Source: Acidobacteriota bacterium (GTDB lineage: Bacteria; Acidobacteriota; UBA4820; DSQY01). Taken from it: a stretch of 63,124 bases of DNA. The translations under genes were made by a program, and so were the position numbers. Below are positions 46,313 through 56,366 of the stretch, in pieces. The notes under the pieces are model-generated. The model was not told where the DNA came from and did not search any database. It saw nothing but the letters and a program-made list of their open reading frames with translations. Location: NCBI GenBank assembly GCA_021778515.1, contig JAJYCJ010000006.1, positions 1 to 63,124 on the forward strand, read 5' to 3'. The stretch's first letter is position 1. Each line of letters begins with the position of its first letter.

Positions 46313-49300
46313 ATGAACCTCTCCGCGCTCTTCATCAAGCGGCCGGTCATGACGACCCTCGTCATGCTGGCCATCCTCCTCTTCGGCATCACGGGATACC
46401 GGCTCCTGCCCGTCAACGACCTGCCCAACGTGGACTTCCCTACGATCCAGGTGAGCGCCTCCCTGCCCGGCGCTACCCCCGAGACCATGGCCTCGGCCGT
46501 GGCCCTGCCGCTGGAGAAGCAGTTCTCCACCATCGCGGGCATCGACTCCATGACCTCCACGAGCTACCAGGGCTCCACCACGATCACCCTGCAGTTCGCC
46601 CTCGACCGGAGCCTGGACGGTGCGGCCCTGGACGTGCAGTCGGCCATCTCGGTGGCCCAGGGCCAGCTACCGACCGGTATGCCGACGCCGCCCTCCTACC
46701 AAAAGGTGAACCCCGCGGACCAGCCCATCCTCTACCTCGCCCTGACCTCACCCACCCTCCCCATGAGTCAGGTGGACAACTACGGCGAGACCCTCATGGC
46801 CCAGCGCATCTCCATGGTGAGCGGCGTGGCCCAGGTGCAGGTCTACGGTTCGCAGAAGTACGCCGTCCGCGTTCAGGTGGACCCCAACAAACTCGCCAAC
46901 AAGGGAATCAGCCTGGACCAGGTGGCCAACGCCATCACCAGCGGGAACGTCAACCTGCCCACGGGAACGCTCTACGGGCCCCACGTCTCCTACACGGTGC
47001 AGGCCAGCGGCCAGCTCGAGGACGCGTCCGCCTTCCGGCCTCTCGTCGTGACCTATCAGAACGGCCAGCCCGTGCGCCTCGAGGCCCTCGGCCACGTCCT
47101 CGACAGCGTGGAGAACGACAAGACCTCCGCCTGGTACATCGACCACACCCACAACCAGCGATCCGTGGTTCTGGCCATCCAGCGGCAGCCTGGGACCAAC
47201 ACCGTGGCGGTGGCCCAGGCGGTGAAGGACCTGATCCCCACCTTCGAGCAACAGATCCCCGCCTCCGTGACGCTGCACACCCTGTACGACCGATCGACCT
47301 CCATCAAGCAGTCCGTCTCGGACGTGAAGTTCACCCTCCTGCTGACCCTCATCCTGGTCATCCTGGTGATCTTCCTCTTCCTGCGGAACGTGTCGGCCAC
47401 GATCATCCCCAGCCTGGCGCTGCCCATGTCGCTGGTGGGCACCTTCGCCCTCATGTACCTGCTGGGCTACAGTCTGGACAACCTCTCGCTGATGGCCCTG
47501 ACCCTGGCGGTAGGCTTCGTGGTGGACGACGCCATCGTCATGCTCGAGAACATCGTCCGGCACATGGAGATGGGGAAGGGCATCCTGGAGGCCTCCCTGG
47601 AGGGGTCGAAGGAGATCGGCTTCACGATCCTCACCATGACCTTCTCCCTGGTGGCCGTCTTCATTCCCGTCCTCTTCATGGGGGGCATCGTGGGGCGGCT
47701 GTTCCACGAGTTCGCCGTCACCATCGGCTCGGCCATCCTCATCTCGGGCTTCGTCTCGCTGACCCTCACGCCCATGCTGGCCAGCCGCTTTCTCAAACAC
47801 CAGTCGGAGGTCCACCACGGCCGCATCTACGACCTCTCCGAGAGGGGCTTCAACTGGATGCTCGGCTGGTACGAGCGCGGGCTCAAGTGGTCCATCGGCC
47901 ACCGGCGGCTGGTGATGATCTTCTCGGCCGTGGTCCTGGTGCTCACGGGCTGGCTCTTCGTGGTCATCCCCAAGGGCTTCTTGCCCAGCGAGGACGCCAG
48001 CCGCGCCATGGTCTTCACCCAGGCCAAGGAGGGCATCTCCTACGACGCCATGATCCGCCATCAGCAGGCCATCAACCGCATCATCCAGGCCAATCCGGAC
48101 GTGGACGCCTTCTTCTCCACGGCCGGGAGCCGCGGCTTCCTGGCCCCCAACCAGGGCATCTGCTTCATCCGGTTCAAGCCGCGCTCCGAGCGCAAGCTCA
48201 GCGTGGACCAGGAGATCGCCAGGATGCGAGGCCAGCTCATGTCGGTGCCGGGCATCATGGCCTTCATCCAGAACCCGCCTCCCATCCAGATCGGCGGGCG
48301 CCTCTCCAAGAGCCTTTACCAGGTGACGCTCCAGGGCTCCGACACTCAAGAGCTCTATGGCGTGGCCACCGAGCTGGAGAACAAGATGAGGGCCCTGCCC
48401 GGCCTCATCGACGTCACCAGCGACCTGCAGATCAAGAACCCCCAGGTGGAGGTGCATATCGAGCGGGACAAGGCATCGTCCTACGGCGTCACGGCCCAGG
48501 CCATAGAGAACACGCTCTACGACGCCTATGGTTCCCGCGAGATCTCCTACATCTACGCGCCCAACAACACCTACCAGGTGATTCTCGAACTGGAGGACCG
48601 CTACCAGAGGGATCCGTCCGCCCTCTCCATGCTGTACGTCCCCTCCTCCTCGGGGCAGGTGGTGCCCCTCGACGCGGTGGCCAAGATCACGCGTGACCTG
48701 GGGCCACTCTCCATCAACCACACCGGCCAGATCCCCTCCGTGACGGTCTCCTTCAACCTCGCTCCCGGCACCCCCCTCGGGAACGCCGTGGACGCGGTTC
48801 AGAAGCTGGCCAGGGGAATCGTCCCTCCCACCCTCACCATGAGCCTCCAGGGCACGGCGCAGGCCTTCCAGGCGAGTACCAAGGGCCTGGGCTGGCTGCT
48901 GCTGCTGGCGATCCTGGTGATCTACCTGGTGCTGGGCATCCTCTACGAGAGCTTCATTCACCCCTTCACGATCCTTTCGGCCCTCCCCTTCGCCGGCTTC
49001 GGCGCGCTCGTGACGCTGCTCATCTTCCGCGTGGACCTCTCCATCTACGCCTTCGTGGGCATCATCATGCTCGTGGGCCTCGTGAAGAAGAACGGCATCA
49101 TGATGATCGACTTCGCCCTGGAGGCCCAGCGGAAGGAGAACAAGCCCGCCGACGAGGCCATCTACGAGGCCTGCGTCATCCGCTTCCGGCCCATCATGAT
49201 GACCACCATGGCGGCCCTCATGGGCACGCTCCCCATCGCCCTGGGCATGGGCGCCGGCGCCGAATCGCGCCGCCCCCTGGGGCTGGCCGTGGTCGGCGGC

Positions 49301-49432
49301 CTTCTCTTCTCCCAGTTCCTGACGCTCTTCGTGACCCCGGTCTTCTACCTCTACATGGATCGCCTCCAATCGCTCCTCAGCCGGCGCCTGACGCGTTCGG
49401 CGAACGGATCCACGATTCCCGAGGCCGAGTAG
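46313..49432 (+). CDS. RND efflux permease (MdtB/C-like)
   Basis: FIKRPVMTTL, GFVVDDAIVMLEN, GLVKKNGIMMIDF, RFRPIMMTT. Confidence 0.95.
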   Translation: MNLSALFIKRPVMTTLVMLAILLFGITGYRLLPVNDLPNVDFPTIQVSASLPGATPETMASAVALPLEKQFSTIAGIDSMTSTSYQGSTTITLQFALDRSLDGAALDVQSAISVAQGQLPTGMPTPPSYQKVNPADQPILYLALTSPTLPMSQVDNYGETLMAQRISMVSGVAQVQVYGSQKYAVRVQVDPNKLANKGISLDQVANAITSGNVNLPTGTLYGPHVSYTVQASGQLEDASAFRPLVVTYQNGQPVRLEALGHVLDSVENDKTSAWYIDHTHNQRSVVLAIQRQPGTNTVAVAQAVKDLIPTFEQQIPASVTLHTLYDRSTSIKQSVSDVKFTLLLTLILVILVIFLFLRNVSATIIPSLALPMSLVGTFALMYLLGYSLDNLSLMALTLAVGFVVDDAIVMLENIVRHMEMGKGILEASLEGSKEIGFTILTMTFSLVAVFIPVLFMGGIVGRLFHEFAVTIGSAILISGFVSLTLTPMLASRFLKHQSEVHHGRIYDLSERGFNWMLGWYERGLKWSIGHRRLVMIFSAVVLVLTGWLFVVIPKGFLPSEDASRAMVFTQAKEGISYDAMIRHQQAINRIIQANPDVDAFFSTAGSRGFLAPNQGICFIRFKPRSERKLSVDQEIARMRGQLMSVPGIMAFIQNPPPIQIGGRLSKSLYQVTLQGSDTQELYGVATELENKMRALPGLIDVTSDLQIKNPQVEVHIERDKASSYGVTAQAIENTLYDAYGSREISYIYAPNNTYQVILELEDRYQRDPSALSMLYVPSSSGQVVPLDAVAKITRDLGPLSINHTGQIPSVTVSFNLAPGTPLGNAVDAVQKLARGIVPPTLTMSLQGTAQAFQASTKGLGWLLLLAILVIYLVLGILYESFIHPFTILSALPFAGFGALVTLLIFRVDLSIYAFVGIIMLVGLVKKNGIMMIDFALEAQRKENKPADEAIYEACVIRFRPIMMTTMAALMGTLPIALGMGAGAESRRPLGLAVVGGLLFSQFLTLFVTPVFYLYMDRLQSLLSRRLTRSANGSTIPEAE

Positions 49433-49652
49433 TCCGAAGGGCTTCTCTGCGCTTCCGAGGGCGGGCCGCACGGCCCGCCCTCTCTGTTTCCCCTCCTGCT
49501 TGCCCCACGGTCCCCGCCTGCATCGCGGCGGGCAAACTGCCGTTGTGGCCGCCTCGGGTTTGTGATAGGTTCCTCGCAGCGGCGTGCGGGGGCGCAACCG
49601 GTCATCGGCCTGCTCCGATGGCCGACGCGGGCATGCCCCATGGAGGCGTTGG

Positions 49653-52118
49653 GTGGAGAAATTGGCGGTCCTGCTGGTGACGCACGAAGCTGGCGCCCGC
49701 CTCCCGCTGAAAAAGGCCCTCTCCGAAGACTTCCCCGATCTCGATCTGAAGATTGCCGCGACTCCGGAGGCACTTCGCGAGAGCCTCGAGGAGTCTGGTT
49801 TCGACGTCGTGATCCTGGATGGCTCCGTCCCCTGGGCCAAGATCCGCGGGCTCGTGGAGGAGATCAGGGGCCTCCACCCGGAATGCCCCATGGTCCTCTT
49901 GACCACCCCGAGCCGCGAGGGAGAAGCCGTCGAGGCCCTGCGCCGTGGGCTGGACAACTACATCCTCCGGACGCCGGGCTACCTGCGCCGGCTCCAATCC
50001 ACGATCCTCGGCCTCATCGGCCGGTCCAGGGCCAGGACCCAGTCCGCCCGGCTGGAACGACGATTGAACGGCCTCCTCCAGCGGATCAACGTGGGCATCT
50101 TCCGCTCCACGGCGGACGGCCAGATCCTCGAGGCCAACCCCGCCTTTCTCCGGATGCTCGGGTTCCAGAGCCTTCTGGAGGCGCAGGGAGTCAGGCTCCA
50201 GGAGCTCTTCCTCGGAGCCGACGACCGGGTGAGGCTGCTCGATCAGATGCGCCACCACGGACACGTCCACCGGGCCGAGCTCAAGCTCCGGCGCATGGAC
50301 GGCGAAGTGATCTGGGTGCTCCTCACCGAGAGCATCGGATCGTCCCACAACGGGCAACTGGTCATGGACGGTCTGGTGGAGGACGTCTCCCAGGTCAAGC
50401 GCACCCAGGAGGCCCTGAGGGAGAGCGAGGCCCGCTTCACCCTCGCCGCCAGGGGTGCCATCGAAGGCTTCTGGGACTGGAACCTGCGCACCGAGGAGAT
50501 CGACTATTCGCCCCGCTGGAAGGAGATGCTCGGCTACGCGGAGGCGGAGGTGGGAAGCGGCGCCCAGGAGTGGCTCGGCCGCGTGCATCCCGACGACCGC
50601 GAACTCCTCCAGGCGGCCATCGAGGCCCACCTGGAGGGCCGGAGCCCCATGGTGGACTGCGAGCACCGCCTGAAGCACAAGGACGGCAGCTACGTCTGGG
50701 TGGCATGCCGCGGCCTGGTCTTCCGGTCCGAGGACGGCACGCCCCTGCGCCTCACGGGCACCCTCGTCGACGTCAACGACCGGAAGATGGGCGAGGAGCA
50801 GATCCGCCACGACGCCGCCATCGACGGGCTCACCGGGCTGGCCAACCGCTTCCTCTTCCTGGAGCGGCTGCAGGCCGCCATCCTTCGCTCCCGCCTGGAC
50901 CCGGCCTACGCCTTCGCCCTGCTGTTCCTGGACGTGGACCGCTTCCAGTTCGTGAACGACAGCCTGGGCCACGTGGCGGGTGACGAGCTCCTGGTGGCCG
51001 TGGCCAAGAGGCTCAAGGGCTGCCTCCGCTCGGACGACATCCTTGCGCGCCTCGGCGGAGACGAGTTCGGGATTCTCCTCGAAAACATCAGGACCGCGCG
51101 GGAGACGGACGGCTTCACCTCCCGGATCCACCACGAGCTCGAGGCAGCCTTCAGCGTGTGCGGACACGAGGTGTACGCCACGTGCAGCATCGGCATCGCC
51201 TTCAGCACCCGCGGCTACGACACGCCCGAGCAGCTCCTGAGGGACGCGGACACGGCCATGTACAAGGCCAAGTCGCGCGGGCGGGCCAGGCACGAGATCT
51301 TCGACGCCTCCATGCACGAGAGCGCCGTCCAGGTCCTCCAGACCGAGAACGACCTGCGCAAGGCCCTCGAACGGCGCGAGCTCCGCATCCACTACCAGCC
51401 CATCGTCTCCATGGCCACGGGCAAGATCGCCGGGTTCGAGGCGCTGCTGCGGTGGCAGCATCCCAAGCGCGGGCTCGTCCTTCCCGAGGAGTTCATCCCT
51501 GTGGCGGAGGAGACGGGCCTCATCGTCCCCATCGCCAAGTGGGTCCTGGCGGAATCGTGCCGGCAGACCAGCGCCTGGCAGTCCAGCTTCCCCTCCGCCT
51601 CCCCCATCACCGTGAGCGTGAACCTCTCCAGCCGGAACCTGGCCCAGCCGGACCTCATCGAGCAGGTGAACCGGGCCCTCTTCCAGGCGGGCCTCCAGGG
51701 CGGATCGCTCGGCATCGAGATCACCGAGGGCACCATCGTGGAGAACTCCGAGGCGGCCATCGCGGTGCTCTCCTCGCTCCGGGCGCTGAACGTGAGGGTG
51801 CAGATCGACGACTTCGGGACCGGCTACTCATCGCTCAGCTACCTGCACCAGTTCCCCATCGACGCCCTCAAGATTGACCGCTCCTTCATCTCAGGCATCG
51901 GCCGCAGCAGCCAGAACAGGGAGATCGTGCGGACCATCGTGGCGCTCGCCAAGAATCTCGGCCTCGTGGTCGTGGCCGAGGGCGTGGAGACCGGCGAAGA
52001 GGCGGAGCTGCTGCGCGGCATCCAGTGCGATTTCGCCCAGGGCTTCTACTTCCACGGCCCCGTCGAACCCAACGCCGCCGCCGCCCTCCTCAGCCGCGAG
52101 CGCCCATCGCGCAACTGA
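49653..52118 (+). CDS. REC-PAS-PAS-GGDEF-EAL c-di-GMP signalling protein
   Basis: GGAGG RBS before GTG 49653; VHPDD PAS; ARLGGDEF; FEALLRW; IDDFGTGYSSL. Confidence 0.92.
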   Translation: MEKLAVLLVTHEAGARLPLKKALSEDFPDLDLKIAATPEALRESLEESGFDVVILDGSVPWAKIRGLVEEIRGLHPECPMVLLTTPSREGEAVEALRRGLDNYILRTPGYLRRLQSTILGLIGRSRARTQSARLERRLNGLLQRINVGIFRSTADGQILEANPAFLRMLGFQSLLEAQGVRLQELFLGADDRVRLLDQMRHHGHVHRAELKLRRMDGEVIWVLLTESIGSSHNGQLVMDGLVEDVSQVKRTQEALRESEARFTLAARGAIEGFWDWNLRTEEIDYSPRWKEMLGYAEAEVGSGAQEWLGRVHPDDRELLQAAIEAHLEGRSPMVDCEHRLKHKDGSYVWVACRGLVFRSEDGTPLRLTGTLVDVNDRKMGEEQIRHDAAIDGLTGLANRFLFLERLQAAILRSRLDPAYAFALLFLDVDRFQFVNDSLGHVAGDELLVAVAKRLKGCLRSDDILARLGGDEFGILLENIRTARETDGFTSRIHHELEAAFSVCGHEVYATCSIGIAFSTRGYDTPEQLLRDADTAMYKAKSRGRARHEIFDASMHESAVQVLQTENDLRKALERRELRIHYQPIVSMATGKIAGFEALLRWQHPKRGLVLPEEFIPVAEETGLIVPIAKWVLAESCRQTSAWQSSFPSASPITVSVNLSSRNLAQPDLIEQVNRALFQAGLQGGSLGIEITEGTIVENSEAAIAVLSSLRALNVRVQIDDFGTGYSSLSYLHQFPIDALKIDRSFISGIGRSSQNREIVRTIVALAKNLGLVVVAEGVETGEEAELLRGIQCDFAQGFYFHGPVEPNAAAALLSRERPSRN

Positions 52119-52169
52119 GGGCCGGCCGCCGCAACGGCGCCCTCCACCATCCACCGCTATTCACCCCCC

Positions 52170-52198
52170 TTGACACCGGCTCCGGTTTGACCTATTCT
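52170..52198 (+). promoter_or_regulatory. Sigma70 promoter of the trp operon
   Basis: TTGACA-17-TATTCT. Confidence 0.75.
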
Positions 52199-52219
52199 CC
52201 GCACTGGAGGAAGGCAGAA

Positions 52220-52306
52220 GTGACGTACACCCAGATCGCGACGACCAACATGAACTATTGGTGGTACGGCGGGCTGGGTGTGCGCGAGAGGATGGCGGCC
52301 GCCTAG
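52220..52306 (+). CDS. trpL: trp attenuator leader peptide MTYTQIATTNMNYWWYGGLGVRERMAAA
   Basis: GGAGG RBS, GTG start, tandem TGG TGG codons, upstream of terminator and trpE. Confidence 0.85.
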   Translation: MTYTQIATTNMNYWWYGGLGVRERMAAA

Positions 52307-52329
52307 GCGCCACCATTCGCCAAACACCC

Positions 52330-52358
52330 GGCCCACCGGAAACGGTGGGCCTTTTTTT
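52330..52358 (+). terminator. Attenuator terminator
   Basis: ggcccaccg-gaaa-cggtgggcc-ttttttt; antiterminator gggctgggtgt (52271-52281) can pair with acacccggccc (52324-52334). Confidence 0.9.
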
Positions 52359-52389
52359 GTGCCCGCGAGGGCGGGCGGAGGATGCGCAG

Positions 52390-53817
52390 ATGCCCCAATC
52401 GGAGACCAAACGGCGCTCGGCCGCGCAGCCCAGGCAGATCGTCCGCCTGCGGGTCCCGGGGGACCTGCTCACCCCCGTCCGCGCCTTCCTGGCCCTCACC
52501 GGCCCCGGCGAGGAGGCGTTCCTGCTGGAGTCCGTGGCGGGCGGCGAGACGCAGGCGCGCTACTCCTTCCTGGGCCTCCACCCGGCGGAGGTCTTCGAGG
52601 CGGACGGCTCAGCGAGGCTCCGCCGCGGCTCCGAGAGCCTCCCCTTGGCCGGCTCGGCCCGCGAGGCCTTCGCCCGCTGGGTCGGCGCCTTCTCCTCCCG
52701 GTGGGCCGAGCCTCCCATCCCCTACATGGGCGGCGCGGTGGGCTGGGTGGACTTCTCCGCCTTCTCCATGGCCGAACCCGTGCTGGAGCGGTCCCTGCCG
52801 CCGACGAGGGATCCCCGCATCGTCTTCGGCCTCTTCACGACCGGCGTGGTCTTCGACCACCTTCGCCAGGAGTGCCACCTCTACCGCCTTCCGGCGCCCC
52901 AGGAGGAGGAGAGTACGGCCCTCGCTCAGCTCCGCTCCATCCAGCAGAAGCTCGAGAGGCCCCTGCCCGCTCCCCCGCCGCCGCCCCGCTGGGTGCCGGA
53001 GGAGAGGCCCGACCGCGAGCGCTTCGCGCGCAACATCGCGGCCGTGAAGGAGCGCATCCTCGCGGGCGACACCTACCAGGTCGTGGTCTCCGAACCCTTC
53101 GGCGGCCCCTTCCAGGGCGACCCCTTCGAGGTCTACCGGCGCCTGAGGCGCCTCAACCCCTCGCCCTACCACTTCTACGTCTCCCTCGGCGGGCGGCAGG
53201 TGGTGGGCGCCTCGCCGGAGATGCTCCTGCGCGTGGAGGGCCGTTCGGCCACTACGATCCCCATCGCCGGCACGCGGCCCCGCGGCGGGACTCCCGAGGA
53301 GGACCGCCGCCTGGAGCGCGAGCTCCTCCAGGACCCCAAGGAGCTGGCCGAGCACGCCATGCTCGTGGACCTGGCCCGCAACGACCTGGGCCGCGTCTGC
53401 GAGTTCGGCTCCGTGGGCGTCCCCGTCCAGGCCGTCGTGGAGCGATTCTCGCACGTCATGCACATCACCTCGGAGGTCCACGGGACGCTGGCGGAGGGAA
53501 GAAGCGGGCTCGACGCGCTCTGGAGCACCTTCCCGGCGGGCACCGTGAGCGGCGCGCCCAAGATCAGAGCCGTCGAGGTCCTGAGCGGGCTGGAGGCGCA
53601 GGACCGCGGCGTCTACGGAGGCGCCGTGGGCATCCTCGACACGGCGGGCAACCTGGAGACGTGCATCGCCATCCGGACCTTCGAATTCGCCGGAGGGCGG
53701 GTCCGCTTCCGTGCGGGAGCCGGGATCGTGGCCGACTCCCAGCCCGAGTGCGAATGGAAGGAGATCCACCATAAGGCCGGCGCTCTGCTCGATGCGCTGG
53801 GCGGAGAGGCGCGATGA
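52390..53817 (+). CDS. trpE: Anthranilate synthase component I
   Basis: FLLES, NPSPY, GASPE, PIAGTRPRG, EHAMLVDLARNDL, FPAGTVSGAPKIRA. Confidence 0.95.
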   Translation: MPQSETKRRSAAQPRQIVRLRVPGDLLTPVRAFLALTGPGEEAFLLESVAGGETQARYSFLGLHPAEVFEADGSARLRRGSESLPLAGSAREAFARWVGAFSSRWAEPPIPYMGGAVGWVDFSAFSMAEPVLERSLPPTRDPRIVFGLFTTGVVFDHLRQECHLYRLPAPQEEESTALAQLRSIQQKLERPLPAPPPPPRWVPEERPDRERFARNIAAVKERILAGDTYQVVVSEPFGGPFQGDPFEVYRRLRRLNPSPYHFYVSLGGRQVVGASPEMLLRVEGRSATTIPIAGTRPRGGTPEEDRRLERELLQDPKELAEHAMLVDLARNDLGRVCEFGSVGVPVQAVVERFSHVMHITSEVHGTLAEGRSGLDALWSTFPAGTVSGAPKIRAVEVLSGLEAQDRGVYGGAVGILDTAGNLETCIAIRTFEFAGGRVRFRAGAGIVADSQPECEWKEIHHKAGALLDALGGEAR

Positions 53818-53967
53818 CGGCCCTGCGGCAGGGACGGGGGACTGGGCGCCCGGGACGAGGAAAGCTGGCAACCTTGCCGCGGTCACGCGTTCCCGCACCC
53901 CTCATCCCCTCATCTCCTCATCACCTCATCTCGATCCAAAGCTTGCCCATCGCAACGGAGGTTCCCC

Positions 53968-54552
53968 ATGATCCTCTTCATCGATAACTACGATTCCTTC
54001 ACCTACAACCTCGTCTCCATGATCGGGACCCTGGAGCCCGACCTGCGCGTGGTGCGCAACGACCACATCTCGACCGAGGAGATCCGCGCGCTCAAGCCCT
54101 CGGGCATCGTCCTCTCCCCCGGCCCCGGCGCCCCAGCCGACGCGGGCATCTGCCCGCGGGTGGTCGCGGAGCTGGCCCCCGAACTCCCCATCCTGGGCGT
54201 CTGCCTGGGCCACCAGGTCATCGTCGAGGCCTTCGGCGGAAAGGTAGGGCGGGCCTCGCGCCCCATGCACGGGAAGACCTCGCCCGTGCTCCACGACGGC
54301 AGCGGCCTGCTCTCCGGCCTGCCCAGCCCCCTCATGGCGGGCCGCTACCACTCCCTGATCGCGAGCAGCGAGGGCTTCCCGGAGGAGCTGCGGGTCCAGG
54401 GCTCCACGCCCGAGGGCGAGATCATGGCGGTCCAGCACCGCCGCTACCCGTGCCATGGCGTGCAGTTCCATCCCGAGTCGGTGCTCACGCCCGAGGGGAT
54501 GCAGATCCTGGCCCGCTTCGCCGGGCTGTGCAGGGAGGTGGCCCGTGCGTAA
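53968..54552 (+). CDS. trpG: Anthranilate synthase component II
   Basis: IDNYDSFTYNL, SPGPG, GVCLGHQ, QFHPES. Confidence 0.95.
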   Translation: MILFIDNYDSFTYNLVSMIGTLEPDLRVVRNDHISTEEIRALKPSGIVLSPGPGAPADAGICPRVVAELAPELPILGVCLGHQVIVEAFGGKVGRASRPMHGKTSPVLHDGSGLLSGLPSPLMAGRYHSLIASSEGFPEELRVQGSTPEGEIMAVQHRRYPCHGVQFHPESVLTPEGMQILARFAGLCREVARA

Positions 54553-55576
54553 GGAGCTTCTGGCCAAGGTGACGGGGGGCGGCCGCCTGACCGCCTCGGA
54601 AGCCGAGTCCGTGGGAACCGACCTGGCGCAGGGCCGCGCCGAGCCCCTCCAGACGGCGGCCTTCCTCGGCGCCCTCGCGGCCCGCGGCGAGACGGCGGAG
54701 GAGCTCTCCGGCCTCGCCTCCGCCTTCCGGCGCGAGGCCACGCCCTTCCAGCCCTTCCCGGAGGCCGTGGACACTTGCGGCACGGGGGGCGACGGCCGCC
54801 ACTCCTTCAACCTCAGCACGGCGGCGGCCCTCGTGGTGGCCTCCCTGGGCGTCCCCGTGGCCAAGCACGGCAACCGCAGCATCTCCAGCCGCTGCGGGTC
54901 GGCGGACCTCCTGGAACACCTGGGCTACCCCATCTCGGAGCCGCCGGAGGAGGCCCGCGCCCGCATGGAGCGCTGCGGCTTCGTCTTCCTCTTCGCGCCG
55001 CTCTACCACCCGGCCATGGCCCGCGTGGCCCTGGTGCGCAAGGCCCTGGGGGTGCGCACCGCCTTCAACTTCCTCGGCCCCACCCTGAACCCCGCCCTGG
55101 CCGGACGCCAGGTGGTCGGCGTCTTCCGCCCCGAGGCCATGGAGTTGATGGCCCGGACGCTGCTGGCCCTCGGCACGAGTCGCTCCCTCGTGATCCACGG
55201 CGAGGGGGGCTACGACGAGGCCGTCCTGCACGGGCGCGTGGCCGTGCGGGAGATCCGCGACGGGCGCATGGAGAGCTACGAGCTGGGCGCGAGCGACTTC
55301 GGCCTGCCCCCCTGCACCGAGTCCGAGCTCGCGGGCGGAGACGCGGGCGGCAACGCCGACCTGCTCTGTGCGCTCCTGGAAGGCTCCGGCCCAGCCGGCC
55401 TGCGGGACGCGGTGGCCGCCAACGCGGCCCTCGCCTTAAGGGCCGCGGGCCGGTGCGAGGACCTTCGCGAGGGCGCCGGCCTGGCCCGCGAGGCCCTCGG
55501 CGGCGGGAGGGCCGCCCGCTTCTTGAACCGAGTGCTCTCGTCCGACGGGGAGGTCCGGCGTGCACAGGTATCTTGA
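54545..55576 (+). CDS. trpD: Anthranilate phosphoribosyltransferase
   Basis: DTCGTGGDG, FNLST, AKHGNRS, GSADLLE. Confidence 0.95.
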   Translation: MRKELLAKVTGGGRLTASEAESVGTDLAQGRAEPLQTAAFLGALAARGETAEELSGLASAFRREATPFQPFPEAVDTCGTGGDGRHSFNLSTAAALVVASLGVPVAKHGNRSISSRCGSADLLEHLGYPISEPPEEARARMERCGFVFLFAPLYHPAMARVALVRKALGVRTAFNFLGPTLNPALAGRQVVGVFRPEAMELMARTLLALGTSRSLVIHGEGGYDEAVLHGRVAVREIRDGRMESYELGASDFGLPPCTESELAGGDAGGNADLLCALLEGSGPAGLRDAVAANAALALRAAGRCEDLREGAGLAREALGGGRAARFLNRVLSSDGEVRRAQVS

Positions 55577-56366
55577 GACGATCTTGACCCAGCGCATGCG
55601 CCGGGTGGAAGAGGCCGAGGCCATCCTGCCCGCCGCTGAACTCGAGAGCCGGCTCGGCCCGGCCGATCCTCCCACCGATCCGGCCCCGGCCGTGCGCTCC
55701 TCTCGCGGCTTCCTCATCGGCGAGATCAAGCGCGCCTCCCCGAGCAAGGGGCTCATCGCCAGCGAGGTGGACGTGGCCGCCCGCGCGCGCCGCTACGCGC
55801 AGGGCGGGGCCGGGGCCGTGAGCGTGCTCGCGGAGCCCGACTTCTTCCAAGGGTCGGACGAGGACGTGCGGACCGCCTCTGCGGCCGTGCCCCTCCCCGT
55901 CCTCTACAAGGATTTCGTGGTGCACCCCTACCAGCTCCTCACGGCCCGCGCCGCTGGGGCGCGCTGGGTCCTGCTCATCGCCCGGGTGCTGGAGGCGCGG
56001 CTCGCGGCCTTCGTGACCGATAGCCTGCGGCAGGGGCTGGAGCCCCTGGTGGAGGTCCACACGGAGCGCGAGCTCGAGGAGGCGTCGGGCTCGGGTGCCC
56101 GGCTGGTGGGGATCAACGCGCGGGACCTCGACACCTTCGAGGTGGACCTGGAGCGGGTCAAGAGTCTGGCGGCGCGCTGTCCCTCCACCTGCGCCTGTAT
56201 CGCCGAGAGCGGCATCCGGACCCACCGGGACCTCGTGGAATTGAAGGCCGCCGGTGCCCACGGCTTTCTCATCGGCGAAACCCTCATGCGCTCCGAACGT
56301 CCCGACGAGCTGTTACACACCTACCGGTTCGCCCTGGGGGCCGAGACCGCCCGGAGGTCCGCATGA
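55560..56366 (+). CDS. trpC: Indole-3-glycerol-phosphate synthase
   Basis: [32 protein letters not shown]. Confidence 0.93.
   Translation: MHRYLETILTQRMRRVEEAEAILPAAELESRLGPADPPTDPAPAVRSSRGFLIGEIKRASPSKGLIASEVDVAARARRYAQGGAGAVSVLAEPDFFQGSDEDVRTASAAVPLPVLYKDFVVHPYQLLTARAAGARWVLLIARVLEARLAAFVTDSLRQGLEPLVEVHTERELEEASGSGARLVGINARDLDTFEVDLERVKSLAARCPSTCACIAESGIRTHRDLVELKAAGAHGFLIGETLMRSERPDELLHTYRFALGAETARRSA

Noticed and set aside
41241-51461. Long antisense ORFs (41241-43721, 46748-49957, 49602-51461) and similar ones elsewhere
   Set aside because: Antisense shadows of well-supported high-GC genes
52200-52360. T-box riboswitch upstream of trpE
   Set aside because: No T-box consensus and the leader is too short; a leader peptide with tandem Trp codons explains the structure
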